Notes under the pieces: generated by a model | Told to the model about the DNA's origin: nothing | Databases searched by the model: none | What the model saw: the letters and a program-made list of their open reading frames with translations, nothing else | In this document: piece by piece, positions 31,166 to 40,568 of the stretch | Position numbering within the stretch: position 1 is the stretch's first letter | How the letters are laid out: every line of letters begins with the position of its first letter | Position numbers and translations under genes: made by a program | From: Bdellovibrionota bacterium | Lineage (GTDB): Bacteria; Bdellovibrionota_C; UBA2361; OMIW01 | Direction: 5' to 3' | Assembly (NCBI GenBank): GCA_044235645.1 | Contig: JBIIHQ010000004.1 | Span: 185,562 to 249,561 of the forward strand | Length of the DNA: 64,000 nt

Positions 31166-32413
31166 ATGAGCGATCTTCTGAATGTTGATTACGGAGCAGG
31201 AGGGGTAACCACCCATATGCGACCCCGACCACTCGGGGATGACCTCCACTCCGAAACGATGATTCTCAACATGGGGCCGGCCCATCCGGCAACTCATGGC
31301 ACGGTTAGGTTGGTCGTCGAACTTGAGCATGAAAAGATTATCGATGCAGATGTTGAGGTCGGCTACCTGCACCGCGGTTTCGAAAAGATGTGTGAAACCG
31401 TCGATTATAACCAGGTAATGCCGTATGCCGATCGGCTCAATTACGTTTCGCCGATCATCAACAACGTAGGATGGTGTCTCACTATAGAAAAATTAATTGG
31501 TATCGAGGTGCCGAAGAGGTGTCAGTATGTCCGGGTGGTGATGTCCGAAATATCGCGGATCTCCGACCATTTGACTTGCCTTGGAGCATCGGCGATGGAG
31601 CTTGGTGCCTTTACCGTGATGCTGTACCTCATGCAGGCTCGTGAGGCTTTGTGGGAGCTTGTTGAAGAGGTTACCGGTGCTCGGTTGACGATTTCATATG
31701 GGCGAGTAGGAGGTCTTAAGTCTGATCTGCCGGATGGATTTGCAACTCGAATGGCAGCGGCGTTTAAGCAGGTCAGATTCCAGATGGAGCAAAGTGATAA
31801 GCTCTTGAGTCGAAATCGGATCTTCATTGACCGCATGTGCGACGTGGCGGTGCTCTCGGCTGATGAGGCGATAGCCTACTCGATTACAGGTCCTCTGCTT
31901 CGTGCCTCGGGAGTTTCGTATGATGTGAGAAAGGCATTTCCATACTCATCCTACGAGGATTTTGATTTTGAGGTCCCGGTGGGCACGAAGGGTGACAATT
32001 ACGATCGATTTCAGGTTCGGATGGCGGAGGTGGAGCAGTCGATGCGTATCTGTGAGCAAGCGATGGCTCGTTTGCCAGAGGGGCCGATATCAGTCGATAA
32101 TCCGAGAATCGTGCTTGCCCCGAAGGATGAAGTATATGGATCTATCGAGGGTATGATTAGCCATTTTGAGTTGGTCATCAAGGGTATTGAACCTCCAGAA
32201 GGTGACGTCTACCAGATGGTCGAAGGGGGGAATGGAGAGCTCGGATTCTTTGTGGTCTCTGACGGAACTGGAAGACCCTATCGAGTTCATGTGAGAGCGC
32301 CGAGTTTCATCCATATGGGTGCAATGAAGAAGATGCTCGTCGGCCAGTCGGTGGCGGATATTGTGCCCACTTTTGGCATGATAAATATGATTGGAGGGGA
32401 GTGCGATAGGTAG
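31166..32413 (+). CDS. nuoD: NADH-quinone oxidoreductase subunit D (49 kDa)
   Basis: ETMILNMGPAHPATHGTVRL...GYLHRGFEK and the C-terminal region VRAPSFIHMGAM. The start at MSDLL was chosen by alignment; the ORF is open from 31088. Confidence 0.9.
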   Translation: MSDLLNVDYGAGGVTTHMRPRPLGDDLHSETMILNMGPAHPATHGTVRLVVELEHEKIIDADVEVGYLHRGFEKMCETVDYNQVMPYADRLNYVSPIINNVGWCLTIEKLIGIEVPKRCQYVRVVMSEISRISDHLTCLGASAMELGAFTVMLYLMQAREALWELVEEVTGARLTISYGRVGGLKSDLPDGFATRMAAAFKQVRFQMEQSDKLLSRNRIFIDRMCDVAVLSADEAIAYSITGPLLRASGVSYDVRKAFPYSSYEDFDFEVPVGTKGDNYDRFQVRMAEVEQSMRICEQAMARLPEGPISVDNPRIVLAPKDEVYGSIEGMISHFELVIKGIEPPEGDVYQMVEGGNGELGFFVVSDGTGRPYRVHVRAPSFIHMGAMKKMLVGQSVADIVPTFGMINMIGGECDR

Positions 32414-32516
32414 AGGAAGCGGGATAGCGCTGAACTTTTTTCGTATAAGTGAGGTTTTTCCTGAGAAGCAAGGAAAGATGCCTCGAAGAGATTTTAAGCA
32501 TAGGTAATGGGACTGT

Positions 32517-33074
32517 ATGGATGTCGATTTGCCAGCCGATTTTGAGGCAAAATTAGTCGAGGTAAAGAAGCAGTACCCGCAATCCCGTTCGGCTATCATG
32601 CCAGCGCTGTACCTAGCTCAGCAGCATTTCGGCCACATATCGCAAGAGGCGGTGCGGTGGGTCTCCTCTCGGCTGGATATTCCTCCGGTTCATGTAATGG
32701 AGGTGGCATCGTTCTATACGATGTACTACAAAAAGCCGATCGGCCGGTACCATGTTCAGGTTTGTCGTACTCTTTCGTGCGCGGTCAGGGGAGCTCCCGA
32801 ATTGACGTCGTGTGTAAAGAGACGATTTGGCACCAAAGCTCACGAGCCGACCTCCGATGGGCAGTGGAGTTTCGAGGAGGTTGAGTGCCTCGGATCGTGT
32901 GGTACGGCTCCGATGGTCCAGATAAATGATTTTTATTTTGAAAATCTTGACCCTGAAAAGCTGGAAGCATTGCTTGATCGAATTGAGAAGGAACAGCCCG
33001 ATCTTCGTTTGTCTTCAGTAACCGATGCCATGTCAGGGGGACTGCCCGGTTGTCCAAAGTCGGAGGTAATATGA
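32517..33074 (+). CDS. nuoE: NADH-quinone oxidoreductase subunit E (24 kDa, 2Fe-2S)
   Basis: CRTLSCAVRG...ECLGSCGTAPMVQIND, the thioredoxin-like 2Fe-2S ligand pattern. Confidence 0.88.
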   Translation: MDVDLPADFEAKLVEVKKQYPQSRSAIMPALYLAQQHFGHISQEAVRWVSSRLDIPPVHVMEVASFYTMYYKKPIGRYHVQVCRTLSCAVRGAPELTSCVKRRFGTKAHEPTSDGQWSFEEVECLGSCGTAPMVQINDFYFENLDPEKLEALLDRIEKEQPDLRLSSVTDAMSGGLPGCPKSEVI

Positions 33075-34795
33075 CAGTGACTCCTTCCGATATCTCAGCG
33101 AATCCTACGTCTGGGCAAGGTGGACTCGCCTCGGAGGAATCGCCGGTTGTGACGCAATGTGGTGTGCCTGAAAGCGATTTGGTCACGGTCACGATCGATG
33201 GTTCTCAAGTCCGGGTTCGAAAAGGAACCAATATCATTGAGGCTGCCCGATTACTGGGCAAGGAAATTCCTCATTATTGCTATCATCCCGACCTCTCAAT
33301 AGCTGGCAACTGTCGGATGTGCCAGATTCAGGTGAAGGGGGTGCCTCGGCTGTCGATCGGGTGTAATACCAGTGCAACAGAAGGAATGGAGGTCACGACC
33401 CAGGCCACCGATTCGGGGGTCGTGGATGGCCAGGCCTCAGTCCTCGAGTTTATCTTGGCGAACCATCCCCTGGATTGTACTGTCTGCGATCAAGCAGGTC
33501 ATTGTAAGTTACAGGACTATCACTACGAATATAACGGTCGTCCCAGCCGATTTCTCGAAGATAAAGTCCACAAGGTTAAGGCGGAACCTCTCGGACCGAC
33601 GGTCATGCTGGATGGTGAGCGATGCATCATGTGCTCGCGATGTGTACGGTTCTGTGATGAGATAACGGGGACTTCAGAAATCGGGCTCCTCAATCGGGGA
33701 GATCGCACCGTTATTGCAGTTAGTCCTGACCGACCGCTTGACAATCCACTCTCGGGGACCGTGGTGGATCTTTGTCCGGTCGGTGCGCTGACTCATCGGG
33801 AGTGGCGTTTCAACTCTCGGATATGGTTTTCCAAGCAGACTGATGCAATTTGTCCCGGATGTTCAACGGGGTGCAATGTTCGGGTGGCCGTTCGGGACGC
33901 ACACGAGGTCGTTCAGGTCAAGGCTCGTTATAATCAGGCCGTGAATAAGGAATGGCTCTGTGATGAGGGCCGGTACGGGTTTGGGCGATTTCTCCCTCGA
34001 GATAGGCTTACATCACCATCAGTAGGGGGAAAGTCGGTAACGTTATCTGAGGCGCTCCGAGCTCTTCCCAAGTCTTCCGAAGATGAGGTAGCAATATTTG
34101 TTGCGCCCGACCTCATCCTTGAGGAGTACATTATCCTTCGTCGCTTTATCCAGGCGCGGATGCCTCGCGCTTTTGTCGCTCTGGCATTTCGAGAGCGGGA
34201 ACTAACTTCAGTTGAGAAGATTCTTATCAGCCCTGATTATGCGGCCAACTTCAGGGGAGTGCAAATTGGGCAGCTTTTTCGTCGTGAAGAGGGAGGCGAA
34301 GCGGCTGGAGATGGCTCGCTGGGAGAGAAGTTCTTGGGGGATCGATATGAGATGGCGCTTCGCAAACTTCGGGGCGGAGTGTTTTCCCGAGTGTTCTTCA
34401 TCGGAGAGCGCGCGATAGCAGGTAATGATCTTGATGCCGAGATATTATCTGCGGTACGGGCATGTCAAACATCGCTATTCATTGGCACGGATGAGACGAA
34501 TCCTTTGGTTTCAGCGGTCTCTGTGGTAATCCCGGGGCGCAGTATCCTCGAAAAAAGTGGCTTGGTCGTTAACCGCGCCTACCACCTCCAGTACACCGAG
34601 CGGGTGGTTGAGCTACCTGAGGGAACCATGCCTGAATGGAGAGTGCTCAATGAATGGGCTACGATCTCAGGGGGTGCATTGGTTGCTTCTCAAAACGATC
34701 GGGAGCTTACATTGGAGATTCTGTCCTCAGAGGAGCGGCTCAAGGGCTTGCGCCTAAAAGATATCAAGGCTGGTGGGGTTTCACTCGCGACTTAG
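33050..34795 (+). CDS. nuoG: NADH-quinone oxidoreductase subunit G (75 kDa), short form
   Basis: N-terminal 2Fe-2S ferredoxin-like region, the N5 cluster motif HPLDCTVCDQAGHC and the 4Fe-4S motif CIMCSRCVRFC. At 581 aa it lacks much of the long molybdopterin-like C-terminus. Confidence 0.85.
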   Translation: MSKVGGNMTVTPSDISANPTSGQGGLASEESPVVTQCGVPESDLVTVTIDGSQVRVRKGTNIIEAARLLGKEIPHYCYHPDLSIAGNCRMCQIQVKGVPRLSIGCNTSATEGMEVTTQATDSGVVDGQASVLEFILANHPLDCTVCDQAGHCKLQDYHYEYNGRPSRFLEDKVHKVKAEPLGPTVMLDGERCIMCSRCVRFCDEITGTSEIGLLNRGDRTVIAVSPDRPLDNPLSGTVVDLCPVGALTHREWRFNSRIWFSKQTDAICPGCSTGCNVRVAVRDAHEVVQVKARYNQAVNKEWLCDEGRYGFGRFLPRDRLTSPSVGGKSVTLSEALRALPKSSEDEVAIFVAPDLILEEYIILRRFIQARMPRAFVALAFRERELTSVEKILISPDYAANFRGVQIGQLFRREEGGEAAGDGSLGEKFLGDRYEMALRKLRGGVFSRVFFIGERAIAGNDLDAEILSAVRACQTSLFIGTDETNPLVSAVSVVIPGRSILEKSGLVVNRAYHLQYTERVVELPEGTMPEWRVLNEWATISGGALVASQNDRELTLEILSSEERLKGLRLKDIKAGGVSLAT

Positions 34796-34882
34796 GCTCT
34801 AGGTAAGCATTGAAACTGAGGGCATGAAAAGGGCGAATGTAACCAGTAACGAATTAGGCCGAGGGCGCAAAAAGAGGAATGT

Positions 34883-35974
34883 ATGGAATTGTTGATTCTT
34901 GGGGTCAAGGTTTTCGTCCTCTTTAACATAATCATGGGCCTTTCATCCTTTTGTACGTGGTTCGAGAGGAAGGGATCCGCTCTGATTCAGAATCGCATTG
35001 GTGCCAACCGGGCGGGAGCGTATTTCACAACCTCGGTTGCACCGCTTCGTCCAGCGTTCTTCGTCGTTCGCTGGCTTGGTATTCTGGGGGTTATTAACAC
35101 TCTTTTGTGTGACGCTGTGAAGGCTTTACTCAAAGAGGATTTCGTTCCCGAGGGGACCTCCACGGTCATGCATGCGCTGGGCCCTCTTCTCGCGGTTCTG
35201 CCGGTTTTCGTCGCGTTCGCGGCGATTCCAATGGCACCAGCCTTCGCCGTTGGCGGGATCACGATCCTTCCTCAGGTCGCACCTATTGATTCGGGACTCT
35301 TATTTATCCTTGCGATGGGTTCGCTTTCAGTTTACGGCGTAGCTATGGCAGGATGGACGGGGAACAATAAGTTTTCGCTCCTCGGTGGATTGCGAGCGGC
35401 GGCTCAAATGGTTTCCTATGAACTCGCAATGGGACTCTGCTTCGTTACCGCTGTTGTCATTTTTCAAACTCTCGACCCATATCAGATGGTTCGCCAGCAG
35501 GCGGGATCAATCACCAATTGGGGAATATTTTCGCAGCCGCTCGGATTTTTCATACTTTTTATAGTAGGGATGGCCGAGACTAAGCGAGGACCATTTGATC
35601 TGCCTGAGAGTGAATCAGAATTGGTTGCGGGGTATTTCACCGAATATTCAGGGATGAAGTTTCTGATCTTTTGGTTGGGGGAGTTTGCGGAAATTGGCCT
35701 TTTTTCCCTCCTTCTAGCTATCCTCTTCTTCGGTGGTTGGGAGATCCCGTTTATCACCCTTCCGGAGGGGCTTTGGTGGGCTGCCCTTGTGGGGCATGGA
35801 GTATTGATGGGTAAGGTAATCGTCCTTTCGATGCTCCAGATTATTATCAGGTGGACGCTTCCCCGCTTTCGGTTCGATCAGTTGATGTCGCTTGGTTGGA
35901 AGGTGTTGCTGCCGCTCTCCATGGTGAATTTGATGGTCACGGCGGCCGTTCGATTGGCAATCGCGCACCGATGA
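34883..35974 (+). CDS. nuoH: NADH-quinone oxidoreductase subunit H
   Basis: Polytopic membrane protein with NuoH/ND1 motifs (QNRIGANRAG...SLLGGLRAAAQMVSYE). Confidence 0.9.
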   Translation: MELLILGVKVFVLFNIIMGLSSFCTWFERKGSALIQNRIGANRAGAYFTTSVAPLRPAFFVVRWLGILGVINTLLCDAVKALLKEDFVPEGTSTVMHALGPLLAVLPVFVAFAAIPMAPAFAVGGITILPQVAPIDSGLLFILAMGSLSVYGVAMAGWTGNNKFSLLGGLRAAAQMVSYELAMGLCFVTAVVIFQTLDPYQMVRQQAGSITNWGIFSQPLGFFILFIVGMAETKRGPFDLPESESELVAGYFTEYSGMKFLIFWLGEFAEIGLFSLLLAILFFGGWEIPFITLPEGLWWAALVGHGVLMGKVIVLSMLQIIIRWTLPRFRFDQLMSLGWKVLLPLSMVNLMVTAAVRLAIAHR

Positions 35975-36046
35975 TTGAGGAGTTCTTCCCTTCAAAGGGC
36001 TCTTAAAGGCTCGGAAATTTCCATACAGGGTATCGGGAGATAGTAG

Positions 36047-36553
36047 ATGATGTCGGTAACGATAGCGATTTTATCCGTGTGTATGCTGACCACAGCGGTC
36101 TCCGTTGTTGCGGCGAAAAGCCCGATTGTGAGCGCACTCGCCCTTGTTGGTAATCTTATAACGGTAGCTGCATTGTATGCGGCGATGAATGCACATTTTC
36201 TTGCGGCTGTTCAGATACTCGTGTACGCCGGCGCAATAGTCGTTCTCGTTCTTTTTGTCCTGATGTTGCTGAATATAAAGGGCGAGGCGGGAAGAAGAAG
36301 TGATTTTATCCTGCGGGTGGCGGCTTCGATCATCGCGGGGTTTTTTCTGCTTACAGTGCTTCCTCTCTGGGATGAATGGCTTGGTTTAGACAACCTCTCA
36401 GCACCAGAGGGAACGGTACGAGCGATAGGAAAGCTCGTTTACACGGACTATGTATACTGTTTCGAGGTCGCCTCAATTCTAATTCTCATTGCAGTTGTCG
36501 GAGCGGTAACGCTAGGACGACGCGCTCGAATTCCGAATATCGCGAGCGAATAG
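36047..36553 (+). CDS. nuoJ: NADH-quinone oxidoreductase subunit J
   Basis: ND6-like N-terminal helices (AAVQILVYAGAIVVLVLFVLMLL). It comes immediately after nuoH, with no nuoI between them. Confidence 0.85.
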   Translation: MMSVTIAILSVCMLTTAVSVVAAKSPIVSALALVGNLITVAALYAAMNAHFLAAVQILVYAGAIVVLVLFVLMLLNIKGEAGRRSDFILRVAASIIAGFFLLTVLPLWDEWLGLDNLSAPEGTVRAIGKLVYTDYVYCFEVASILILIAVVGAVTLGRRARIPNIASE

Positions 36554-36599
36554 AGGGGATTAAAGAGAACTCGGGGGCCCTTAGATTAAAGGAATCGTC

Positions 36600-36902
36600 A
36601 TGGAGCCGATACATACCATACTGGCGATAGCCGCTATAACGTTTGCGATTGGAGCTGTTGGAGTTATTGTCCGTCGTAACGTAATCGTCGTGTTCATGTG
36701 CATTGAGCTCATGCTGAATGCGGTGAACCTCTCATTTGTGGCTTTTTCTCAGTCGGTGGGAAATCTTACCGGTCAAGTGGCGGTCTTTTTCGTAATGGTC
36801 GTCGCTGCAGCTGAGGCCGCGGTAGGGCTCGCCATCTTTATTGCGCTGTTCCGCACTGCTCGTTCAGTTGAATCCACCTCGGCTACCGAACTAAGGCTGT
36901 AA
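36600..36902 (+). CDS. nuoK: NADH-quinone oxidoreductase subunit K
   Basis: 100 aa, three transmembrane helices, with the ND4L signature [19 protein letters not shown]. Confidence 0.9.
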   Translation: MEPIHTILAIAAITFAIGAVGVIVRRNVIVVFMCIELMLNAVNLSFVAFSQSVGNLTGQVAVFFVMVVAAAEAAVGLAIFIALFRTARSVESTSATELRL

Positions 36903-36905
36903 CGT

Positions 36906-38810
36906 ATGGACACTCGGCAGGTTATTACCTCCCTCGATCCCGCACTTATTCCATTAGCACCGCTCGTAGGGGCCGTTGCAGCGTATGGATTAGGTCGGAA
37001 AAACCGAGTTTTTTCGGGATTAATTGCTACCTTTGCGGCACTCGTTGCGTTTGCCTTGACCATAAAGGGGATTTTTGATCTTGCTCCTTCAGGAATCAAA
37101 GAGGCGCATCTGTGGCGATGGTTCGGGGTGGGGCAAGTTGCCTTCGATATGACGCTGCGTTTAGACCGACTTTCCGCGGTCATGTGTCTTGTCATCACTG
37201 GCATCGGCTCGCTCATCCACCTGTATTCAACCGCCTATATGGCCGATGATGACGGTATGCCCCGATTCTTCTCGTATCTTAATCTGTTCCTCTTCTCAAT
37301 GCTCGTTTTGGTCTTGGGAGGGAATCTATTGGTTCTTTTTATCGGATGGGAGGGGGTCGGGCTCTGTTCTTACCTCCTCATCGGTTTCTGGTTCCGCAAT
37401 TTAGATTATTGTGGAGCGGGTCGAAAAGCCTTCGTGGTAAATCGGATTGGAGACGCGGGAGTGCTCCTCGGCATATTTCTATTGCTCAAGCACTTTGGAA
37501 CGGTCGATTTTCTCGCTCTCAATGATCGTTTGGGTGAGGCAGCAGCCCTCTTTGACCCCTCACTTACGGCAGTCTGTACCCTAATCGGTTTCTGTCTATT
37601 CGTCGGCGCGACGGGAAAGTCTGCTCAACTCCCCCTCTTTGTGTGGTTACCCGATGCAATGGCAGGTCCCACTCCGGTGTCAGCACTTATCCATGCGGCC
37701 ACGATGGTTACCGCCGGTATTTATCTATTTGCTCGGGCGAACGTCGTTTTTGATGCGGCCGGTGCTGAGTTGGGTCTTATCGTCGTTGTCGTCGCCGCTT
37801 TGACAGCCTTTATCTCAGCGACAATCGCGGTCGCTCAGAATGACATAAAGAAAGTTCTCGCCTACTCGACCGTAAGTCAGCTTGGGTTCATGTTTCTTGC
37901 GGCTGGAGCGGGAGCCTATTGGGTCGCGCTCTTCCATGTCATAACCCACGCATTCTTTAAAGCGTGCCTCTTTCTCGGAGCTGGCTCGGTCATTCATGGT
38001 TGTCATCATGAGCAAGACATGCGGCAAATGGGTGGTTTGCGACGTTTGATGCCGGTGACCTTTATCACCTATTTTATCAGTACTTTGGCAATAGCTGGGA
38101 TATATCCGTTTGCCGGCTTTCACTCAAAACACGCTATTTTGGCATCGATAAGTGAAAGTCCAAATAACCTCATCGTGGCATCCGCTCCGATAATTGTCCT
38201 CATTTCGAGTGTGACTGCGGGCTTAACAGCTTTTTACATGACTCGATCACTTGTATTGACGTTTTTCGGTGCTTATCGAGGCCATGCTCACCCGCATGAA
38301 TCACCTTGGAGGATGACGGTTCCTCTTGTTGTCTTGGCGGTGTTAGCGGTGATTGGTGGTATTGGGCTTGAGCATTCACTTCCACATTATCTGGAGGCGG
38401 TCCTTCCCCGGGCTCATGCCCACGACTCCCTCAGTCCAATTGATTCGTTGGGGGCCTCCTGGATTGGAGTTCTCGGTGTGCTCATTGGAGTAATTCTTTA
38501 TGGTCCGTTGGCCAGCCTTCCTCCAGCCATTGCGAAGGCAATCCCCCATCTTTTGAAGCTTTTGCAGGGTAAGTACTTCATCGATGAGGTGTATCAGATT
38601 TTCATCGTTCGGCCCTTAGAGGGACTATCGAGAGTCTTATGGCGAGGCGTCGATCAAGGGGTTATTGATGGTACAGTAAATGGGACCGCTGAAGTCGTAG
38701 AGGTTTCAGGGGAGCTCGTGCGCTCGATGCAAACGGGAGACGTCAGGCACTATGCTCTCTATCTTTTTGGGGCGATCGCGACGATGGTAGCGGTCTATCT
38801 CGTCTGGTAA
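36906..38810 (+). CDS. nuoL: NADH-quinone oxidoreductase subunit L
   Basis: 634 aa antiporter-like subunit with motifs such as GWEGVGLCSYLLIGFW and the long C-terminal lateral helix region. Confidence 0.92.
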   Translation: MDTRQVITSLDPALIPLAPLVGAVAAYGLGRKNRVFSGLIATFAALVAFALTIKGIFDLAPSGIKEAHLWRWFGVGQVAFDMTLRLDRLSAVMCLVITGIGSLIHLYSTAYMADDDGMPRFFSYLNLFLFSMLVLVLGGNLLVLFIGWEGVGLCSYLLIGFWFRNLDYCGAGRKAFVVNRIGDAGVLLGIFLLLKHFGTVDFLALNDRLGEAAALFDPSLTAVCTLIGFCLFVGATGKSAQLPLFVWLPDAMAGPTPVSALIHAATMVTAGIYLFARANVVFDAAGAELGLIVVVVAALTAFISATIAVAQNDIKKVLAYSTVSQLGFMFLAAGAGAYWVALFHVITHAFFKACLFLGAGSVIHGCHHEQDMRQMGGLRRLMPVTFITYFISTLAIAGIYPFAGFHSKHAILASISESPNNLIVASAPIIVLISSVTAGLTAFYMTRSLVLTFFGAYRGHAHPHESPWRMTVPLVVLAVLAVIGGIGLEHSLPHYLEAVLPRAHAHDSLSPIDSLGASWIGVLGVLIGVILYGPLASLPPAIAKAIPHLLKLLQGKYFIDEVYQIFIVRPLEGLSRVLWRGVDQGVIDGTVNGTAEVVEVSGELVRSMQTGDVRHYALYLFGAIATMVAVYLVW

Positions 38811-38862
38811 GTTCTCTCTTTTTTACAGAATCGCAACACAAGAACGGCGGAAAGGCGGAGAG

Positions 38863-40506
38863 GTGGAGGAGAAAATGAGCATGGCGTTACTAGACGGATT
38901 TCCGCTGTTGAGTGCACTCGTATGGCTACCTTTGCTGGGAGCCGTTCTTCTCTACGCAATCCCCGGGGGGAACTCTGCAGAGGGGCGGTTGCGATCAAGG
39001 GGATTGGCTCTCGGATTCACCGTGGTGACTCTGATTTTGTCATTGCTCGCTCTGAGTCGATTCTCGCCGAATCAGCCCGGTTATCAGCTGGTGGAGTCGT
39101 TTCGTTGGATTGAGTCTCTCGGTGTCCGATACGAGTTGGGCATCGATGGGGTAAGTCTAGCACTGATTCTGCTCACGACGATTCTCATGCCCTTGATAGT
39201 CCTTTCTTCCCACTCAATTCATGAGTCACTGCGTGGGTATCTTTCCTGTATGCTCGTTCTCGAAACTGCGATGCTGGGCACACTAGTTGCTCTAGACCTT
39301 TTTCTTTTTTATCTTTTCTGGGAGTTCATGCTTGCTCCGATGTATCTCATCATTGGGATATGGGGAGGGAAGCGCCGAGTTTACGCGAGTATGAAGTTCG
39401 TCCTTTATACCGCAGTCGGAAGTGTTCTCATGTTCGTAGCGATACTTTATACGTCTTGGATGGCGTATGATCAGGCGGGTGTTCAGCTTCCCTCGTTTCT
39501 TCTTGGCGATCTCTTGCAGGCTCGATTCACTCTTCAGGAGCAGATGTGGCTCTTTGCAGCATTTGCGCTTGCGATGTGCATAAAGATACCTCTTTTCCCG
39601 CTCCATACATGGTTGCCAGATGCGCATGTCGAGGCTCCGACTGGAGGGTCTGTTGTATTGGCAGGTGTTCTTCTGAAGATGGGCCTTTATGGACTTTTTC
39701 GATTTGGATACCCGCTGTTCCCTGATGGGGCGGCCGTTTTTGCGCCGTATCTGGCAGCGCTTGCGGTTGTCGGAATAATTTATGGCGCTTGCATTGCGTG
39801 GGTTCAGATTGATATCAAAAAGCTGGTCGCGTACTCCTCAGTATCTCATCTGGGATACTGCGTACTGGGAATGGTCGCCGGTACTAGTCTCTCGGTGACA
39901 GGGTCGACAGTTCAGATGATTAATCATGGAATCTCGACCGGAGCTCTCTTCCTTCTTGTCGGTGTGCTTTATGATCGGACTCACACGAGGCTAATAGCCG
40001 ATTATGGGGGCATTGCAGCGAAAGTACCGGTCTTTGCAACGCTATTTTTACTATTCACGCTGAGCTCGATAGCCCTTCCTTTAACCAACGGGTTTGTCGG
40101 AGAATTTATGATCTTGGCGGGTAGCTTTGAGACCTATCCCATGCTCACCCTTTTTGCTTTGGCCGGTGTTGTACTCGGAGCCGTATACATGCTCACGCTG
40201 TACATGAAAACCATGTACGGAGAGGTTAATCCGGCGAGGGAAGGATTGACGGATATTCGCCTCATCGAAGCGGTTACCCTGACCCCGTTGCTAATCCTGG
40301 TATTTTGGCTCGGGTTGTTTCCTCAGCCTCTGGTTGATCTAATCGAGCCCTCCGTGGTGCGTTCGCTCCAAATAACGAGAGAGCGAGCGCATGTGCTTCG
40401 GGAGGCTGAGGTGATCCGAGAGGCTCTCATCCCTGAGGATATGACGCCTCGGGGTGTTTCTATGAACAAGCAAAGTGAACAACATTCCCACCGAATGTCG
40501 CTCTAG
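38863..40506 (+). CDS. nuoM: NADH-quinone oxidoreductase subunit M
   Basis: 547 aa antiporter-like subunit (WLPDAHVEAPTGGSVVLAGVLLKMG). Confidence 0.92.
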   Translation: MEEKMSMALLDGFPLLSALVWLPLLGAVLLYAIPGGNSAEGRLRSRGLALGFTVVTLILSLLALSRFSPNQPGYQLVESFRWIESLGVRYELGIDGVSLALILLTTILMPLIVLSSHSIHESLRGYLSCMLVLETAMLGTLVALDLFLFYLFWEFMLAPMYLIIGIWGGKRRVYASMKFVLYTAVGSVLMFVAILYTSWMAYDQAGVQLPSFLLGDLLQARFTLQEQMWLFAAFALAMCIKIPLFPLHTWLPDAHVEAPTGGSVVLAGVLLKMGLYGLFRFGYPLFPDGAAVFAPYLAALAVVGIIYGACIAWVQIDIKKLVAYSSVSHLGYCVLGMVAGTSLSVTGSTVQMINHGISTGALFLLVGVLYDRTHTRLIADYGGIAAKVPVFATLFLLFTLSSIALPLTNGFVGEFMILAGSFETYPMLTLFALAGVVLGAVYMLTLYMKTMYGEVNPAREGLTDIRLIEAVTLTPLLILVFWLGLFPQPLVDLIEPSVVRSLQITRERAHVLREAEVIREALIPEDMTPRGVSMNKQSEQHSHRMSL

Positions 40507-40568
40507 AGAACTGAGCGGCGAGCAAGGGTGAGGGAAGAATAAATAATACACCACAAAAAAGGGGTGTC